This document shows, piece by piece, positions 11,606 to 24,637 of a stretch of DNA of 64,000 nucleotides. Below the pieces are notes generated by a model, which saw only the letters and a list, made by a program, of their open reading frames with translations, searched no databases and had not been told where the DNA came from. The first letter of the stretch is position 1; the number at the start of each line of letters is the position of its first letter. The position numbers and the translations under genes are program-made. This stretch comes from Macrostomum lignano. Lineage: Eukaryota. Location of the stretch: contig NIVC01000677.1 in NCBI GenBank assembly GCA_002269645.1, positions 62,001-126,000 of the forward strand, written 5' to 3'.

Positions 11606-12815
11606 CACCATTTTACCTCCTATTTTGAACAAAGTCTTGTTCAGAAGAAACAAGCAGAACTTCAATTCAAACACTTTAAGAAATAACAGCCTTTGTGGAA
11701 CTTCAATTCAAACAAAGTCCCTTTCTATTGAAACAGAAGAACTTCAAATATTCAGACTGTGGCCCAAATTGTCCCCGAATGACGCGCATGCGCAGATTCG
11801 AAATTCAAAAGAAACAAAGTCACATTCTATTTCCACAGAGATTTTTGCACATACATTTAGATACGAGAGTACATTTTTAGTACATTAATCTAATTTTTTG
11901 TTTTTCCTGTACTGCATAACTGTACAATCGTTGCGCAATAAGAAACGATATGAATGCTGAAGATCAGATTGAAGAAGACGATGAATTGCTGGAAGAAGGG
12001 GGAATCGGTGAATTTAAAGCAGAATTCGATGAAGATATGATGGAACAGCAGCCTCGGCAGTACGCAATTGTAAGCAACAGTGACAGAGACCGTATCATCA
12101 GGGCTGCTGATCGTGAGAATGACTTTGTGGAACTGGCGCGCCAACTTGGAGTCAAGAGGTCAACAGCGTACACGATTGTGAGGTCAGGGAGAGCGGAAAA
12201 GCAGCCTACGAGATTCCGGACTCCATTCAGGTCAAGCGGCTTCCACCATTTTGACTCCTGTGGAGAACTTAATCTCCTGTTGGAAGGCCGCTCTGAAGAG
12301 AGCAGACCAGCAAAATTTTATCGCTCCGATAGTTGAGTAGCACCGCAATCAGTCGATGGCGGCCTATCGGCGAGACATTCTGTACAGCATGGTGGACAGA
12401 ACCATTGGCTGCATCTCTGTGAACAAATGCATTGAGTGGTTCAACCATGTGTTTACATGCTTCGCTCGCTGCCTTGGCAACTGATGGTCAGGTGTCTCAA
12501 GTTGGCCAACTGACACTGTCTTATTCCTGTTTTTCATTTTACTCTTATGTTCGTCGATATGTTGTATTTTATCCCTTTGTCGAAATAGAATGTGACTTTG
12601 TTTCTTTTGAATTTCAAATCTGCGCATGCGCGTAATTCGGGGACAATTTTGGCCACAGACAGTCTGAATTGAATTTCTTCTGTTTCAATAGAAAGGGACT
12701 TTGTTTGAATTGAAGTTCCGCAAGCGCTAATATTTCTTAAAGTGTTTGAACTGAAGTTCTGCTTGTTTATTTTGAACAAGACTTTGTTCAAAATACCATA
12801 GGAGGTAAAATGGTG
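11606..12815 (+). mobile_element. Internally deleted IS630/Tc1-superfamily DNA transposon with ~230-bp TIRs and TA target duplication
   Basis: TIRs ~11606-11833 and ~12582-12815 (start CACCATTTTACCTCCTA), TA at 11604-5 and 12816-7. Core: HTH-like segment YAIVSNSDRDRIIRAA...LARQLGVKRSTAYTIVRSGR (ORF 11950..12336), then frameshifted RLPP/FLTPVENLISCWKAALKR (catalytic-Glu motif) and a C-terminal CIEWFNH...CL piece; the central DD region is missing. Confidence 0.8.
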
Positions 12816-13187
12816 TAGAAGCCATGTAAGCAAAATGGAGCTACTATCTCACATAAAAATTTATGTTTAACAAGTATCTATGGTATAAATTATATTAATT
12901 TTCTAATAAGCATTAGACATCAAAAGTAAAACAAATTATGGACTTGCGTTTAAAATATACACGTAATAAAAATTATATAACCATGAGGTATTTCCATGTA
13001 CATGTACTCGTATGAATTTATCTCTCAAATTATAAGCTGTTTTTAGATCGTTAGTAAATGACTAGCAATCTACGCCCCCCGTTGGGGAGCCAAAGAAATG
13101 CAATACACGTTATTTTAATACGCTACATGTATCCTTGAAATCTTAAAAAATCTACTATCAAACCTTATAAGCCTTGACATGTCAGTA

Positions 13188-14497
13188 CGAGGGTCACTCA
13201 GAAAGTTCTTAGCTTGAACACGAAAACAGCAACAAATGAACTAAAAAACGACTACAAGTGCTCAAAATACTCTCCACCGGCATTGATACAGGCTTGCATC
13301 CTGTGAAACCAGCTGTCGAAGCACTGCCGCCAATCCTCATCCCGGAGCTCCTCGATGATGTTTTTAAACTCATTCACAGCTTCTTCCGGTGAAGAAAAGA
13401 CCTGGCCCTTCAGAATCTCCTTGCACTTCGGAAACAGAAAAAAGTCGCACGGTGCCAGGTCTGGACTGTAAGCAGGGTGAGTCATCAGCTGGACCCCACA
13501 GTCAGCCAGAAACTCCAGAGTTTGAGCCGCCGTGTGCGCGCTGGCGTTGTCGTGGTGCAGAAGCACCCCACGCATTCCGCACCTTGGGCGCCTCTGGCTC
13601 ACAGCAGAAAAGACCTTGGGCAGGCAAACCGTTGTGTACCAGTCAGCGGTGACTGTCTGGCGATCTTCAAGTGAAACGGAAGCCACATGCCCAGTGCGCA
13701 TGAAGAAACAGGCCACCATCTGCTTGCCGACACTCCGGCTGCGTCGAAACTTGGTGGGGCTGTCCTCGTCTCCAAAGGTCCACATGGCTGACTGGCGCTT
13801 GCTTTCGGGGTCGTATTGATAAATCCAGGTCTCATCGCCCGTGAGGATGTCCCAGATACGCCGGCTGGTCCCGGATTCGAATTTCTGCAGCATGAATCGG
13901 CACCAAGCCACCCTGGTGTCCTTCTGCACGTCCGACAGCTGATGGGGGATCCACCGGGAAGCCAGCTTCCGCACTCCAAGGTGTTCGTGCATAATGGCGT
14001 GCACACTCCCCGATCCAATACCGATCTCCTGCTGGATCTGCTGGTAGGTCACTCGCCGGTCAGCGGCAATCATGCTGGACACAGCGCAGATATTTTCTGG
14101 AGTCACTGCGTCACAGGGTCTCCCGGATCGATGTTCATCTTCGAGGCTTTCTCGACCTCGGCGAAACTCAGCGAACCAGTTTTTGACGGTTGCGTATGAA
14201 GGACATACATGGGTGAAAACGTTCTGTAAAGTTTGATACGATTCGGCCGGCGACTTGCCTTGCTTGAAGTGCAGGTACATCATTGCTCTGAAGTCGCGAT
14301 TTTCCAGCTTCATTGTTGAATTGAAGATCTCAGGGGGTGAACTGACTTTAACTCGCTGCAGTGGACTCAAAAGTGGCTGCTTCTGTTTGAAATTTTTGCT
14401 GCGATACTTTTAAAAGTTGGTCTTTACCATAGACAAATTTCATGCTTCTACGTCTCGTGGATCCTACTCAGGCTAAAGACTTTCTGAGTGACCCTCG
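13188..14497 (-). mobile_element. Full-length mariner element (1310 bp), 30-bp TIRs, TA TSD
   Basis: Left TIR CGAGGGTCACTCAGAAAGTTCTTAGCTTGA (13188-13217), right TIR 14468-14497 with 3 mismatches; TA at 13186-7 and 14498-9. The paralogous empty site GTCAG-TA-ATTCCCC is present (reverse complement) near 60,665. Confidence 0.97.
13252..14313 (-). CDS. Mariner transposase, intact DD34D (353 aa from MKLENRDF; upstream in-frame ATG at 14370)
   Basis: WIPHQL linker, LTGDETWIY (D1), LHHDNASAH (D2), HPAYSPDLAPCD (D3); 34 residues between D2 and D3 counted by hand; no stops or frameshifts. Confidence 0.96.
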   Translation of the reverse strand: MKLENRDFRAMMYLHFKQGKSPAESYQTLQNVFTHVCPSYATVKNWFAEFRRGRESLEDEHRSGRPCDAVTPENICAVSSMIAADRRVTYQQIQQEIGIGSGSVHAIMHEHLGVRKLASRWIPHQLSDVQKDTRVAWCRFMLQKFESGTSRRIWDILTGDETWIYQYDPESKRQSAMWTFGDEDSPTKFRRSRSVGKQMVACFFMRTGHVASVSLEDRQTVTADWYTTVCLPKVFSAVSQRRPRCGMRGVLLHHDNASAHTAAQTLEFLADCGVQLMTHPAYSPDLAPCDFFLFPKCKEILKGQVFSSPEEAVNEFKNIIEELRDEDWRQCFDSWFHRMQACINAGGEYFEHL

Positions 14498-14596
14498 TAA
14501 TTCCCCCCCACAAGCTTTAACATATCAACTTCCCCCCTTGACATCTCAGCCATGCCCCCAATAAGCCTTGGAAATCTAAAAATATCTGTCAACCTT

Positions 14597-14651
14597 CTAA
14601 CCCTAACCCTAGCCTAACCCCAACCCTAACCCTAACCCTAACCTAACCCTA
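14597..14651 (-). repeat. Interstitial (TTAGGG)n-like tract inside family A
   Basis: CCCTAA repeats with variants; equivalent tracts at ~52714 and ~60525. Confidence 0.85.
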
Positions 14652-15481
14652 AAGCATTGAAATTTCAGTAATTCTCTCTTAGAGTCATTATAGCACTACT
14701 ACAGCATTATAGCGATTCCCTGCAAGCCTCGACATCGTAGGGATTCCCAAATGAATATCTTAATTTCGACATGAAGCTTCTTTTATTTTTTACATTACGC
14801 TTTTTTAATCAGCGATCCCTCCCCTGAGGAGGCATCAAATAATGTAATAAAAAGTTTTCAATAAACTACATGTAGCTTCTGACTTTAGCCTTGAAATCTC
14901 ATTTATACCCCCGTGAGCCTTGACATCTCAGCTATTCCCCCGTAAGCCTTAACATGTCAGCGATGGCGCCCATAAACCTTGAAATCTCAAAAATCCCCTG
15001 CTAACCTTGAAACTCGATAAAATATAACCCTCAACCCACACCTGACCTAAACCTAACTTTAACCCAACATAAAGCCTTGAAATCTCAGCAATTCTTCTCC
15101 CCTAAGCCTTGACATTTTAGTGATTCCTTCTTTAAGAATCACAGCACTATAACGATTTCCACCTAGCTTTGACATCGTAGCAATTCCCAAATGAATCTTT
15201 TAACTTCGACATGACTTTTCTTTTATGTATACATAGTTCTACTTTTATTTTTTACATGACTCTTCTTCTATCAGCGCCCCCCGTGGCGAGCCAACAAAGA
15301 ATGCAATAAAAAAAATTGAGTAAAGTACATGAACTTTGAATTAGCTTCTGACTATTGCTTTGACATCTCAGAAACCCCCCCGTAATCTCAGTTATTCTCT
15401 GAGAGCCTTGACGTCTCAGTTTTTCTCCCCAGCACAGCATTATAGCTGCATTTAATTTTTCCATGACACCTTTCATGTCTG

Positions 15482-17455
15482 ACATGACGCTTCTTTTATT
15501 CTACTATGATGCTTCTTAATTTTTTAAATGACACTTTCATTAGTTTTTAAATGACGCTTCTATGATTTTTTCATGACGCTTCTATGATTTTAACATGACG
15601 CTTCTATGATTTTTTCATGACGCTTCTATGATTTTTTACATGACGCTTGTATGATTGTTTACATGACGCTTCTATGATTTTTAAAATGACGCTTCTATGA
15701 TTTTTTAAATGACGCTTCTATGATTGTTTACATGACGCTTTTATGATTTTTAAATGACGCTTCTATGATTGTTTACATGACGCTTTTATGATTTTTACAT
15801 GATGCTTCTATGATTTTTTACATGACGCTTCTATGATTGTTTACATGACGCTTCTATGATTGTTTACATGACGCTTCTATGATTTTTTAAATGACGTTTT
15901 TTTGATTTTTATATGACGCCTCTATGATTTTTTAAATGACGCTTCTATGATTTTTATATTACGCTCTTACGATTTTTTACATGACGCTTTTATGATTGTT
16001 TACACGATGCTTCTATGATTTTTTACATGACGCTTCTATGATTTTTTACATGACGCTTCTATGATTGTTTACATGACGCTTCTATGATTTTTTACATGAC
16101 ACTTCTATGCTTTTTACATGACGCTTCTACGATTTTTTACATGACGCTTCTATGATTTTTTAAATGACGCTTCCATGATTGTTTACATGACGCTTCTATG
16201 ATTTTTTACATGACGCTTCTATGATTGTTTACATGACGCTTCTATGATTGTTTACATGACGCTTCTATGATTTTTTAAATGACGCTTCTATGATTTTTAT
16301 ATGACGCTCTTACGATTTTTTACATGACGCTTCTATGATTTTTTACATGACACTTCTATGCTTTTTACATGACGCTTCTACGATTTTTTACATGACGCTT
16401 CTATGATTTTTTAAATGACGCTTCCATGATTGTTTACATGACGCTTCTATGATTGTTTACATGACGCTTCTATGATTTTTTACATGACGCTTCTATGATT
16501 GTTTACATGACGCTTCTATGATTGTTTACATGACGCTTCTATGATTTTTTAAATGACGCTTCTATGATTTTTATATGACGCTTCTACGATTTTTTACAAG
16601 ACTCTTTTATGATTTTTTACATGACGCTTCTATGATTGTTTACATGACGCTTCTATGATTTTTTACATGACGCTTCTATGATTGTTTACACGACGCTTCT
16701 ATGATTTTTTACATGACGCTTCTATGATTGTTTACACGATGCTTCTATGATTTTTTACATGACTCTTCTATGATTTTTACATGACGCTTTAATGATTTTT
16801 TCATGACGCTTCTACGATTTTTTAAAAGACGCTTCTATGATTTTTACATGACGCTTCTATGATTGTTTGCATGACGCTTCTATGATTTTTTACATGACGC
16901 TTGTACGATTTTTTACATGACGCTTCTATGATTGTTTACATGACGCTTCTATGATTTTTTACATGACACTTCTATGCTTTTTACATGATGCTTCCACGAT
17001 TTTTTACATGACACTTCCACGATTTTTTACATGACGCTTCTATGATTTTTTACATGACGCTTCTATGATTATTTCATGACGCTTCTACGATTTCTGCAGG
17101 ACGCTTCAATGATTTTTACATGACACCTCTATGATTTTTACATGACGCTTCTATGATTTTTACATGACGCTTCTATGATTTTTTACATGACGCTTCTATG
17201 ATTATTTCATGACGCTTCTACGATTTCTGCAGGACGCTTCAATGATTTTTACATGACACCTCTATGATTTTTACATGACGCTTCTATGCTTTTTACATGA
17301 CGCTTCTATGATTTTTTACATGACGCTACCATGATTTTTACATTACGCTTCTATGATTGTTTACATGACGCTTCCATGATTGTTTACATGACGCTTCTAT
17401 GATTTTTTTACATGACGCTTCTATGATTGTTTACATGACGCTTCTATGATTGTTT
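15482..17455. repeat. 23-bp minisatellite of family A (CATGACGCTTCTATGATTKTTTA)
   Basis: Direct reading; reverse complement at 51050-51860 and 58695-59700. Confidence 0.95.
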
Positions 17456-20400
17456 TAGTTTTCTTGTCGTTAAAAAGCTTTAATTAAAAAAACTCTACTC
17501 TCTAAAAATTCGAACCATCGTTTCTGCATTTAGCAGTTCAGTCTGTTTACCTCTAGGCTAGCTCTCATCGTTTTGATAACATGAATTCAGCACTTATAAT
17601 TATAAGTTTCAAAACTCCAAGCATAGAGTAAATCACACGAGGCAGTTATTACATAATCAATTTCTCAGTCAGTCAGTATCAGTTAACAATATGGTTGCGC
17701 AATCTAAATCAAGTCTGGTGCTACGCTTCCACACTGCATTTTCAATACTGTGACGCAATTCAAGTCGGAGTTACAATTCAGTTATGATGTAATCCATTTC
17801 AGAATCAGAATTCAACCAGTCAGTTTTTTCTCTAGCATTCTTACAATGCATTTCAAGTCGAAAAGTTTGCTTGACCTTTGCAAAAAAGCATGTTTTTCGA
17901 ATATTTAATCGCTTTAACATGGAGCAATTTCTTAGCCAAGATGCATGTACCGTCCCAGGAAAATTTCTGATCGAACAGTGCAAGTTCGAAGAAAATCGGT
18001 CCAGCCATTTTTTGTCTAATCGATTGCGTACAAACAAACAAGATTTTCATTTTTAGTATATGGACTAGCAATCTTCGCCCCCCGTTGGGGGACATCTGGA
18101 TAGAATCTCTGTTCTCTACAAGTAACAAAAAGACAGCCAAATAAAGCCTTCACAAAGACGACAGACAAACTGCTCAAATAAAGTGTAATGCAAAAAGAAA
18201 TCATCCCAAGACAGCAAGCATCCCCCAGATTGCAAGCATCCCCCAGATAGCAAGCATCCCGAAAAAGTAAGCATCCACCAGAAAATAAGTAGCTAGTGCT
18301 ACAATTTCCTTACCTCTATAGTGGCTCCTTTAAAATTGGCATGACGCTTACTTTTACGTTTGAAATTGTGTAAATTTTATCTTTGACTTGGTGGCTCTTT
18401 AATGTTTGACATGGTGGCTCTTTTATGTTCTACATGGTGGCTCTCTTATGTTTGATTCGGGGTTTTCTTAATGTCTGACATGGTGTCTCTTTATTGTGTG
18501 ACATAGTGGCTCTTTTATATTTGACATGGTGGCTCTTTTATGTTTGACATGGTGGCTCTTTAATGTTCGACATGGTGGCTCTTTAATGTTTGACATTATG
18601 GCTCTTTAATGTTTGACATGGTGTCTCTTTAATGTTTGACATGGTGTCTCTTTAATGTTTGACATGGAGTCATGTATATGTTTGCCATAGTGGCTCTTTA
18701 ATGTTAGACACGGTGTCTCTTCAATGTTTGACATGGAGTCATGTATATGTTTGACATGGTGGCTCTTTAATGTTTGATATGGTGGCTCTTTAATGTTTGA
18801 CATAGTGGCTCTTTAATTTTCGAAATGGTGCTTGTTTTATGTTCTACATGGTGGCTCTTTAATGTTCGACATAGTGGCTCTTTAATGTTTGACATGGTGT
18901 CTCTTTAATGTTTGACATGGTGTCTCTTTAATGTTTGACATGGAGTCATGTATATGTTTGCCATGGTGGCTCTTTAATGTTAGACATGGTGTCTCTTCAA
19001 TGTTTGACATGGAGTCATGTATATGTTTGACATGGTGGCTCTTTAATGTTTGACATGGTGGCTCTTTAATGTTTGACATAGTGGCTCTTTAATTTTCGAA
19101 ATGGTGGTTGTTTTATGTTCTACATGGTGGCTCTTTAATGTTCGACATAGTGGCTCTTTAATGTTCTTAACGGTGTCTCTTCAATGTTTGACATGGAGTC
19201 ATGTATATGTTTGACATGGTGGCTCTTTAATGTTTGACATGGTGGCTCTTTAATGTTTGACATAGTGGCTCTTTAATTTTCGAAATGGTGGTTGTTTTAT
19301 GTTCTACATGGTGGCTCTTTAATGTTCGACATAGTGGCTCTTTAATGTTCTTAACGGTGTCTGTTTTATGTTTGACATGGTGGCTCTCTAATGTTCGACA
19401 TGGTGGCTCTTTAATGTTTGACATGGTGGCTCTTTAATTTTCGAAATGTTGGCTGTTTTATGTTTGACATGGTGGCTCTTTAATGTTCGACATGGTGGCT
19501 CTTTAATGTTAGACATGGTGGCTCTTTAATGTTTGACATGGTGGCTCTTTAATGTTAGACATGGTGTCTCTTCAATGTTTGACATGGAGTCATGTATATG
19601 TTTGACATGGTGGCTCTTGTATTTTTAACATGTTAGCTCTTTAATGTTCGACATGGTGGCTCTTTAATGTCTAACATTGAGTCACGTATATGTTTGACAT
19701 GGAGTCATGTATATGTCTGATATGGTAGCTCTTTAATGTTTTACATGGAGTCACGCATATGTTTCACATGGTGGCTATTTTATGTTTGGCATGGTGGTTC
19801 CGAAATGTTCGACATGGTGGCTCTTTAATGTTTTACATGGTGGCACTTTCATGTTTGACCTGGTGGCTCTTTAATGTTTGACATGGTGGCTCTTAAATAT
19901 TTGACATGGTGGCACTTTCATGTTTGACCTGGTGGCTCTTTAATGTTTGACATGGTGGCTCTTTAATATTTGACATGGTGGCCCTTTTATGTTCGACATG
20001 GTGGCTCTTCAATGTTTGACATGGAGTCATGTATATGCTTGACCTGGTGGCTCTTTAATGTTTGACATGGTGGCTCTTTAATGTTTTACATGGTGGCACT
20101 TTCATGTTTGTAATGGTGACTATTTTATGTTCTACATGGTGGCTCTTTTATGTTCGACATGGTGGCTCTTTAATGTTTGATAAGGTGGCTCTTTAATGTT
20201 CGACATGGTGGCTCTTTAATTTTTGACAAGGTGGCTCTTTAATGTTTGAAATAGTGGCTCTTTAATTTTCGAAATGGTGGCTGTTTTATGTTTGACATGG
20301 TGGCTCTTTAATTTTCGAAATGTTGGCTGTTTTATGTTTGACATGGTGGCTCTTTAATGTTCGACATGGTGGTTCTTTAATGTTAGACATGGTGGCTCTT

Positions 20401-20652
20401 TAATGTTTGACATGGTGGCTCTTTAATGTTCGACATGGTGACTCTTTAATGTTAGACATGGTGGCTCTTTAATGTTTGACCTGGTGGCACCTTAATGTAA
20501 TGATGTCTCTTTAATGTTTGAAATGGTGGCTCTTTAATGTTCGACATGGTGGCTCTATAATGTTCGACATGGTGGTTCTTTAATGTTCGACATGGTGGCT
20601 CTTTAATGTTTGACATGGTGCTCTTTTATGTTTGACATGGTGGCTCTTTTAT

Positions 20653-21326
20653 TGTCGCGACTTTCCTAGTCATTTCTTAGTTCACCTTCAATTGTCTCTG
20701 TTTACTCCGTTTTCTCTCTCTCTGTCTAGCTCAATCTTGTTATTCTTATCTCTCTCTCCCTTGCTGCGTTCTAGGTAAATGTAGTCAGTTTTCTTTTGGT
20801 TGTAACAATTTATTCATTAAAATCGCACACGTGAAATTTATTTGTCAAATTTGCATTCACTCTAGTCTCCACAGGTTTTGTATTGAAATTCTTAGTCGTA
20901 TTTGTGCACCATTGTTAAATTTGCTTTTAAAGTTGTTTCTTGAACTCTAATTCATAATTCTATTGGTACTCGAAAATTCAAAAAATTCAAAAAATGTTCC
21001 ATTTTTTGGGGGAGTGTCGCGACTTTCCTAGTCATTTCTTAGTTCACCTTCAATTGTCTCTGTTTACTCCGTTTTCTCTCTCTCTGTCTAGCTCAATCTT
21101 GTTATTCTTATCTCTCTCTCCCTTGCTGCGTTCTGATTGGCTCTCCGTTCTCGCCTCTTTCCTCAGTCGCGCACTCCACCCCCTCTCTTTATTATTCTGG
21201 GCTCAACCCCCCAAAGTTAAATGTTCCATAAATATATCGGTTTGGGCCCTGCACCCACTTACTGCTCCTCCTGCTCCTTCAATTTAACTCCAATTAAATA
21301 GTTTTTAGTTTAGTATTTTTTCTACA
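20653..21326 (+). mobile_element. Deleted LTR retroelement (partial 5' LTR + 3' internal stub + PPT + 312-bp 3' LTR), copy 1
   Basis: TGT...ACA ends, 5-bp TSD TTTAT (20648-52, 21327-31) that restores the satellite monomer; first 120 bp repeated at 21015, preceded by purine tract GGGGGAG; ATTGG, TATA-like CATAAATATA and AATTAAA inside the 3' LTR. Confidence 0.8.
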
Positions 21327-24300
21327 TTTATGTTTGACATGATGGCTCTTTAATGTTTGACATGATGGCTCTTTTATGTTTGACATGGTGGCTCTTTAAT
21401 GTTTTACGTGGTGGCTCTTTAATGCTCGACATGGTAGCTCTTTGATGTTTGACATGGAGTTACGAATATACTTGACATGGTGACTCGTTAATGTTTGACA
21501 TGGTGGCTATATAATGTTAGACATTGTGGCTCTTTAATGTTTGACATGGTGGCTCTTCTATGTTTGACATGGTAGCACTTTAATGTTGGACATGGTGGCT
21601 CTTTAATGTTCGACATAGTGGCTGTTTTATGTTTGACATGGTGGCTCTTTTGTGTTCGACATGGTGGTTCCTTTATGTTCGACATGGTGGTTCTTTTATG
21701 TTCGACATGGTGGCTCTTTTATGTTAGACATGATGGCTCTTTAATGTTAGACATGATGGCTCTTTAATGTTTGACATTGCGGCTCTTTAATGTTTGACAT
21801 GGAGTCATGTATATGTTTGACCTGGTGGCTCTTTACTGTTTGACATGGAGTTACATATATGTTTGACATTGCGGCTCTTTAATGTTTGACATGGAGTCAT
21901 GTATATGTTTGACCTGGTGGCTCTTTACTGTTTGACATGGAGTTACATATATGTTTGACATGGAGTCACATATATGTTTGACATGGTGGCTCTTTTATGT
22001 TTGACATGGTGGCTTTTTTATGTTTGACATGGTGGCCCTTTAATGTTTGACATGGTGGCTCTTTTATGTTAGACATGGTGGCTCTTTAATGTTCGACATG
22101 GTGGCTCTTCAATGTTTGACATGGAGTCATGTATGTGTTTGACCTGGTGACTCTTTAATATTTGACATGGTGGCTCTTTAATATTTTACATGGTGGCACT
22201 ATCATGTTTGACCTGGTGGCTCTTAAATGTTCGACATGGTGTCTCTTTAATGTTTGACATGGAGTCATGTATATTTTTGACATGGTGGCTCTTGATTGTT
22301 CGACATAGAGTCATGTATATGTTTGCCATGGTGGCTCTTTTATGTTCGACATGGTGTCTCTTCAATGTTTGACATGGAGTCATGTATATGTTTGACATGG
22401 TGGCTCTTGTATTTTTAACATGTTAGCTCTTTAATGTTCGACATGGTGGCTCTTGTATTTTTAACATGTTGGCTCTTTAATGTTCGACATGGTGGCTCTT
22501 TAATGTCTACCATGGATTCACGTATATGTTTGACATGGAGTCATGTATATGTCTGATATGGTAGCTCTTTAATGTTTTACATAAAGTCACTTATATGTTT
22601 GACATGATGGCTCTTTTATGTTTGACATGGTTGCTCTTTAATGCTTGACATGGAAGCTCTTTTATGTTCGACATGGTGGCTCTTTAATGTTTGACATGGT
22701 GGCTCTTTTATGTTCGACATGGTGTCGCTTCAATGTTTGACATGGAGTTACGTATATGTTTTACATGGTGCCTCTTTATGTTCGACATGGTGGCTCTTTA
22801 ATGTTTGACATGGGGTCTCTTCAATGTTTGACATGTTGGCTCTTTTATCTTTGACATGGTGGCTCCTTAATGTTCGACATGGTGGCTCTTTAATTTTTGA
22901 CATGGTGGCTCTTTAATTTTCGAAATGGTGGCTCTGTTTTATGTCTGACATGGTTGCTCTTTAATGTTCGACATAGTGGCTGTTTTATGTTTGACATGGT
23001 GGCTCTTTAATGTTTTTAATGGTGTCTGTTTTATGTTTGACATGGTGGCTCTTTAATGTTTGACATGGTGGCTCTTTAATGTTTGACATAGTGGCTCTTT
23101 AATTTTCGAAATGTTGGCTGTTTTATGTTGACATGGTGGCTCTTTAATGTTCGACATGGTGGCTCTTTAATGTTCTTAATGGTGTCTGTTTTATGTTTGA
23201 CATGGTGGCTCTTTAATGTTCGACATGGTGGCTCTTTAATGTTTGACATTGTGGCTCTTTAATGTTTGACATGGTGGCTTTTTAATGTTCGACATGGTGG
23301 CTCTTTTAGGTTTGAAATGGTGGCTCTTTAATGTTTGACATGGTGGCTTTTTAATGTTCGACATGGTGGCTCTTTTAGGTTTGAAATGGTGGCTCTTTAA
23401 TGTTTGACATGGTGGCTCTTTAATTTTCGAAATGTTGGCTGTTTTATGTTTGACATGGTGGCTCTTTAATGTTCGACATGGTGGCTCTTTAATGTTAGAC
23501 ATGGTGCTCTTTAATGTTTGACATGGTGGCTCTTTAATGTTAGACATGGTGTCTCTTCAATGTTTGACATGGAGTCATGTATATGTTTGACATGGTGGCT
23601 CTTGTATTTTTAACATGTTAGCTCTTTAATGTTCGACATGGTGGCTCTTTAATGTCTAACATTGAGTCACGTATATGTTTGACATGGAGTCATGTATATG
23701 TCTGATATGGTAGCTCTTTAATGTTTTACATGGAGTCACGCATATGTTTCACATGGTGGCTATTTTATGTTTGGCATGGTGGTTCTTAAATGTTCGACAT
23801 GGTGGCTCTTTAATGTTTTACATGGTGGCACTTTCATGTTTGACCTGGTGGCTCTTTAATGTTTGACATGGTGGCTCTTAAATATTTGACATGGTGGCAC
23901 TTTCATGTTTGACCTGGTGGCTCTTTAATGTTTGACATGGTGGCTCTTTAATATTTGACATGGTGGCCCTTTTATGTTCGACATGGTGGCTCTTCAATGT
24001 TTGACATGGAGTCATGTATATGCTTGACCTGGTGGCTCTTTAATGTTTGACATGGTGGCTCTTTAATGTTTTACATGGTGGCACTTTCATGTTTGTAATG
24101 GTGACTATTTTATGTTCTACATGGTGGCTCTTTTATGTTCGACATGGTGGCTCTTTAATGTTTGATAAGGTGGCTCTTTAATGTTCGACATGGTGGCTCT
24201 TTAATTTTTGACAAGGTGGCTCTTTAATGTTTGAAATAGTGGCTCTTTAATTTTCGAAATGGTGGCTGTTTTATGTTTGACATGGTGGCTCTTTAATTTT

Positions 24301-24637
24301 CGAAATGTTGGCTGTTTTATGTTTGACATGGTGGCTCTTTAATGTTCGACATGGTGGTTCTTTAATGTTAGACATGGTGGCTCTTTAATGTTTGACATGG
24401 TGGCTCTTTAATGTTCGACATGGTGACTCTTTAATGTTAGACATGGTGGCTCTTTAATGTTTGACCTGGTGGCACCTTAATGTAATGATGTCTCTTTAAT
24501 GTTTGAAATGGTGGCTCTTTAATGTTCGACATGGTGGCTCTATAATGTTCGACATGGTGGTTCTTTAATGTTCGACATGGTGGCTCTTTAATGTTTGACA
24601 TGGTGCTCTTTTATGTTTGACATGGTGGCTCTTTTAT

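Larger units (their letters stand above)
13062..18064 (-). mobile_element. Non-autonomous Helitron-like element, family A (contains the mariner, TTAGGG tract, 23-bp array, tRNA-like module)
   Basis: 5' TCCATATACTAAAAATGAAAATC at 18064; 3' CCCC-AAC-GGGG hairpin + CTAG ending 13062, followed by T; reverse-complement homolog of 50436-52979 and 58139-61190; no Rep/helicase coding seen. Confidence 0.8.

Noticed and set aside
13389-14199. Additional ORFs overlapping the mariner transposase
   Set aside because: Alternate-frame or antisense shadows of a GC-rich coding sequence.
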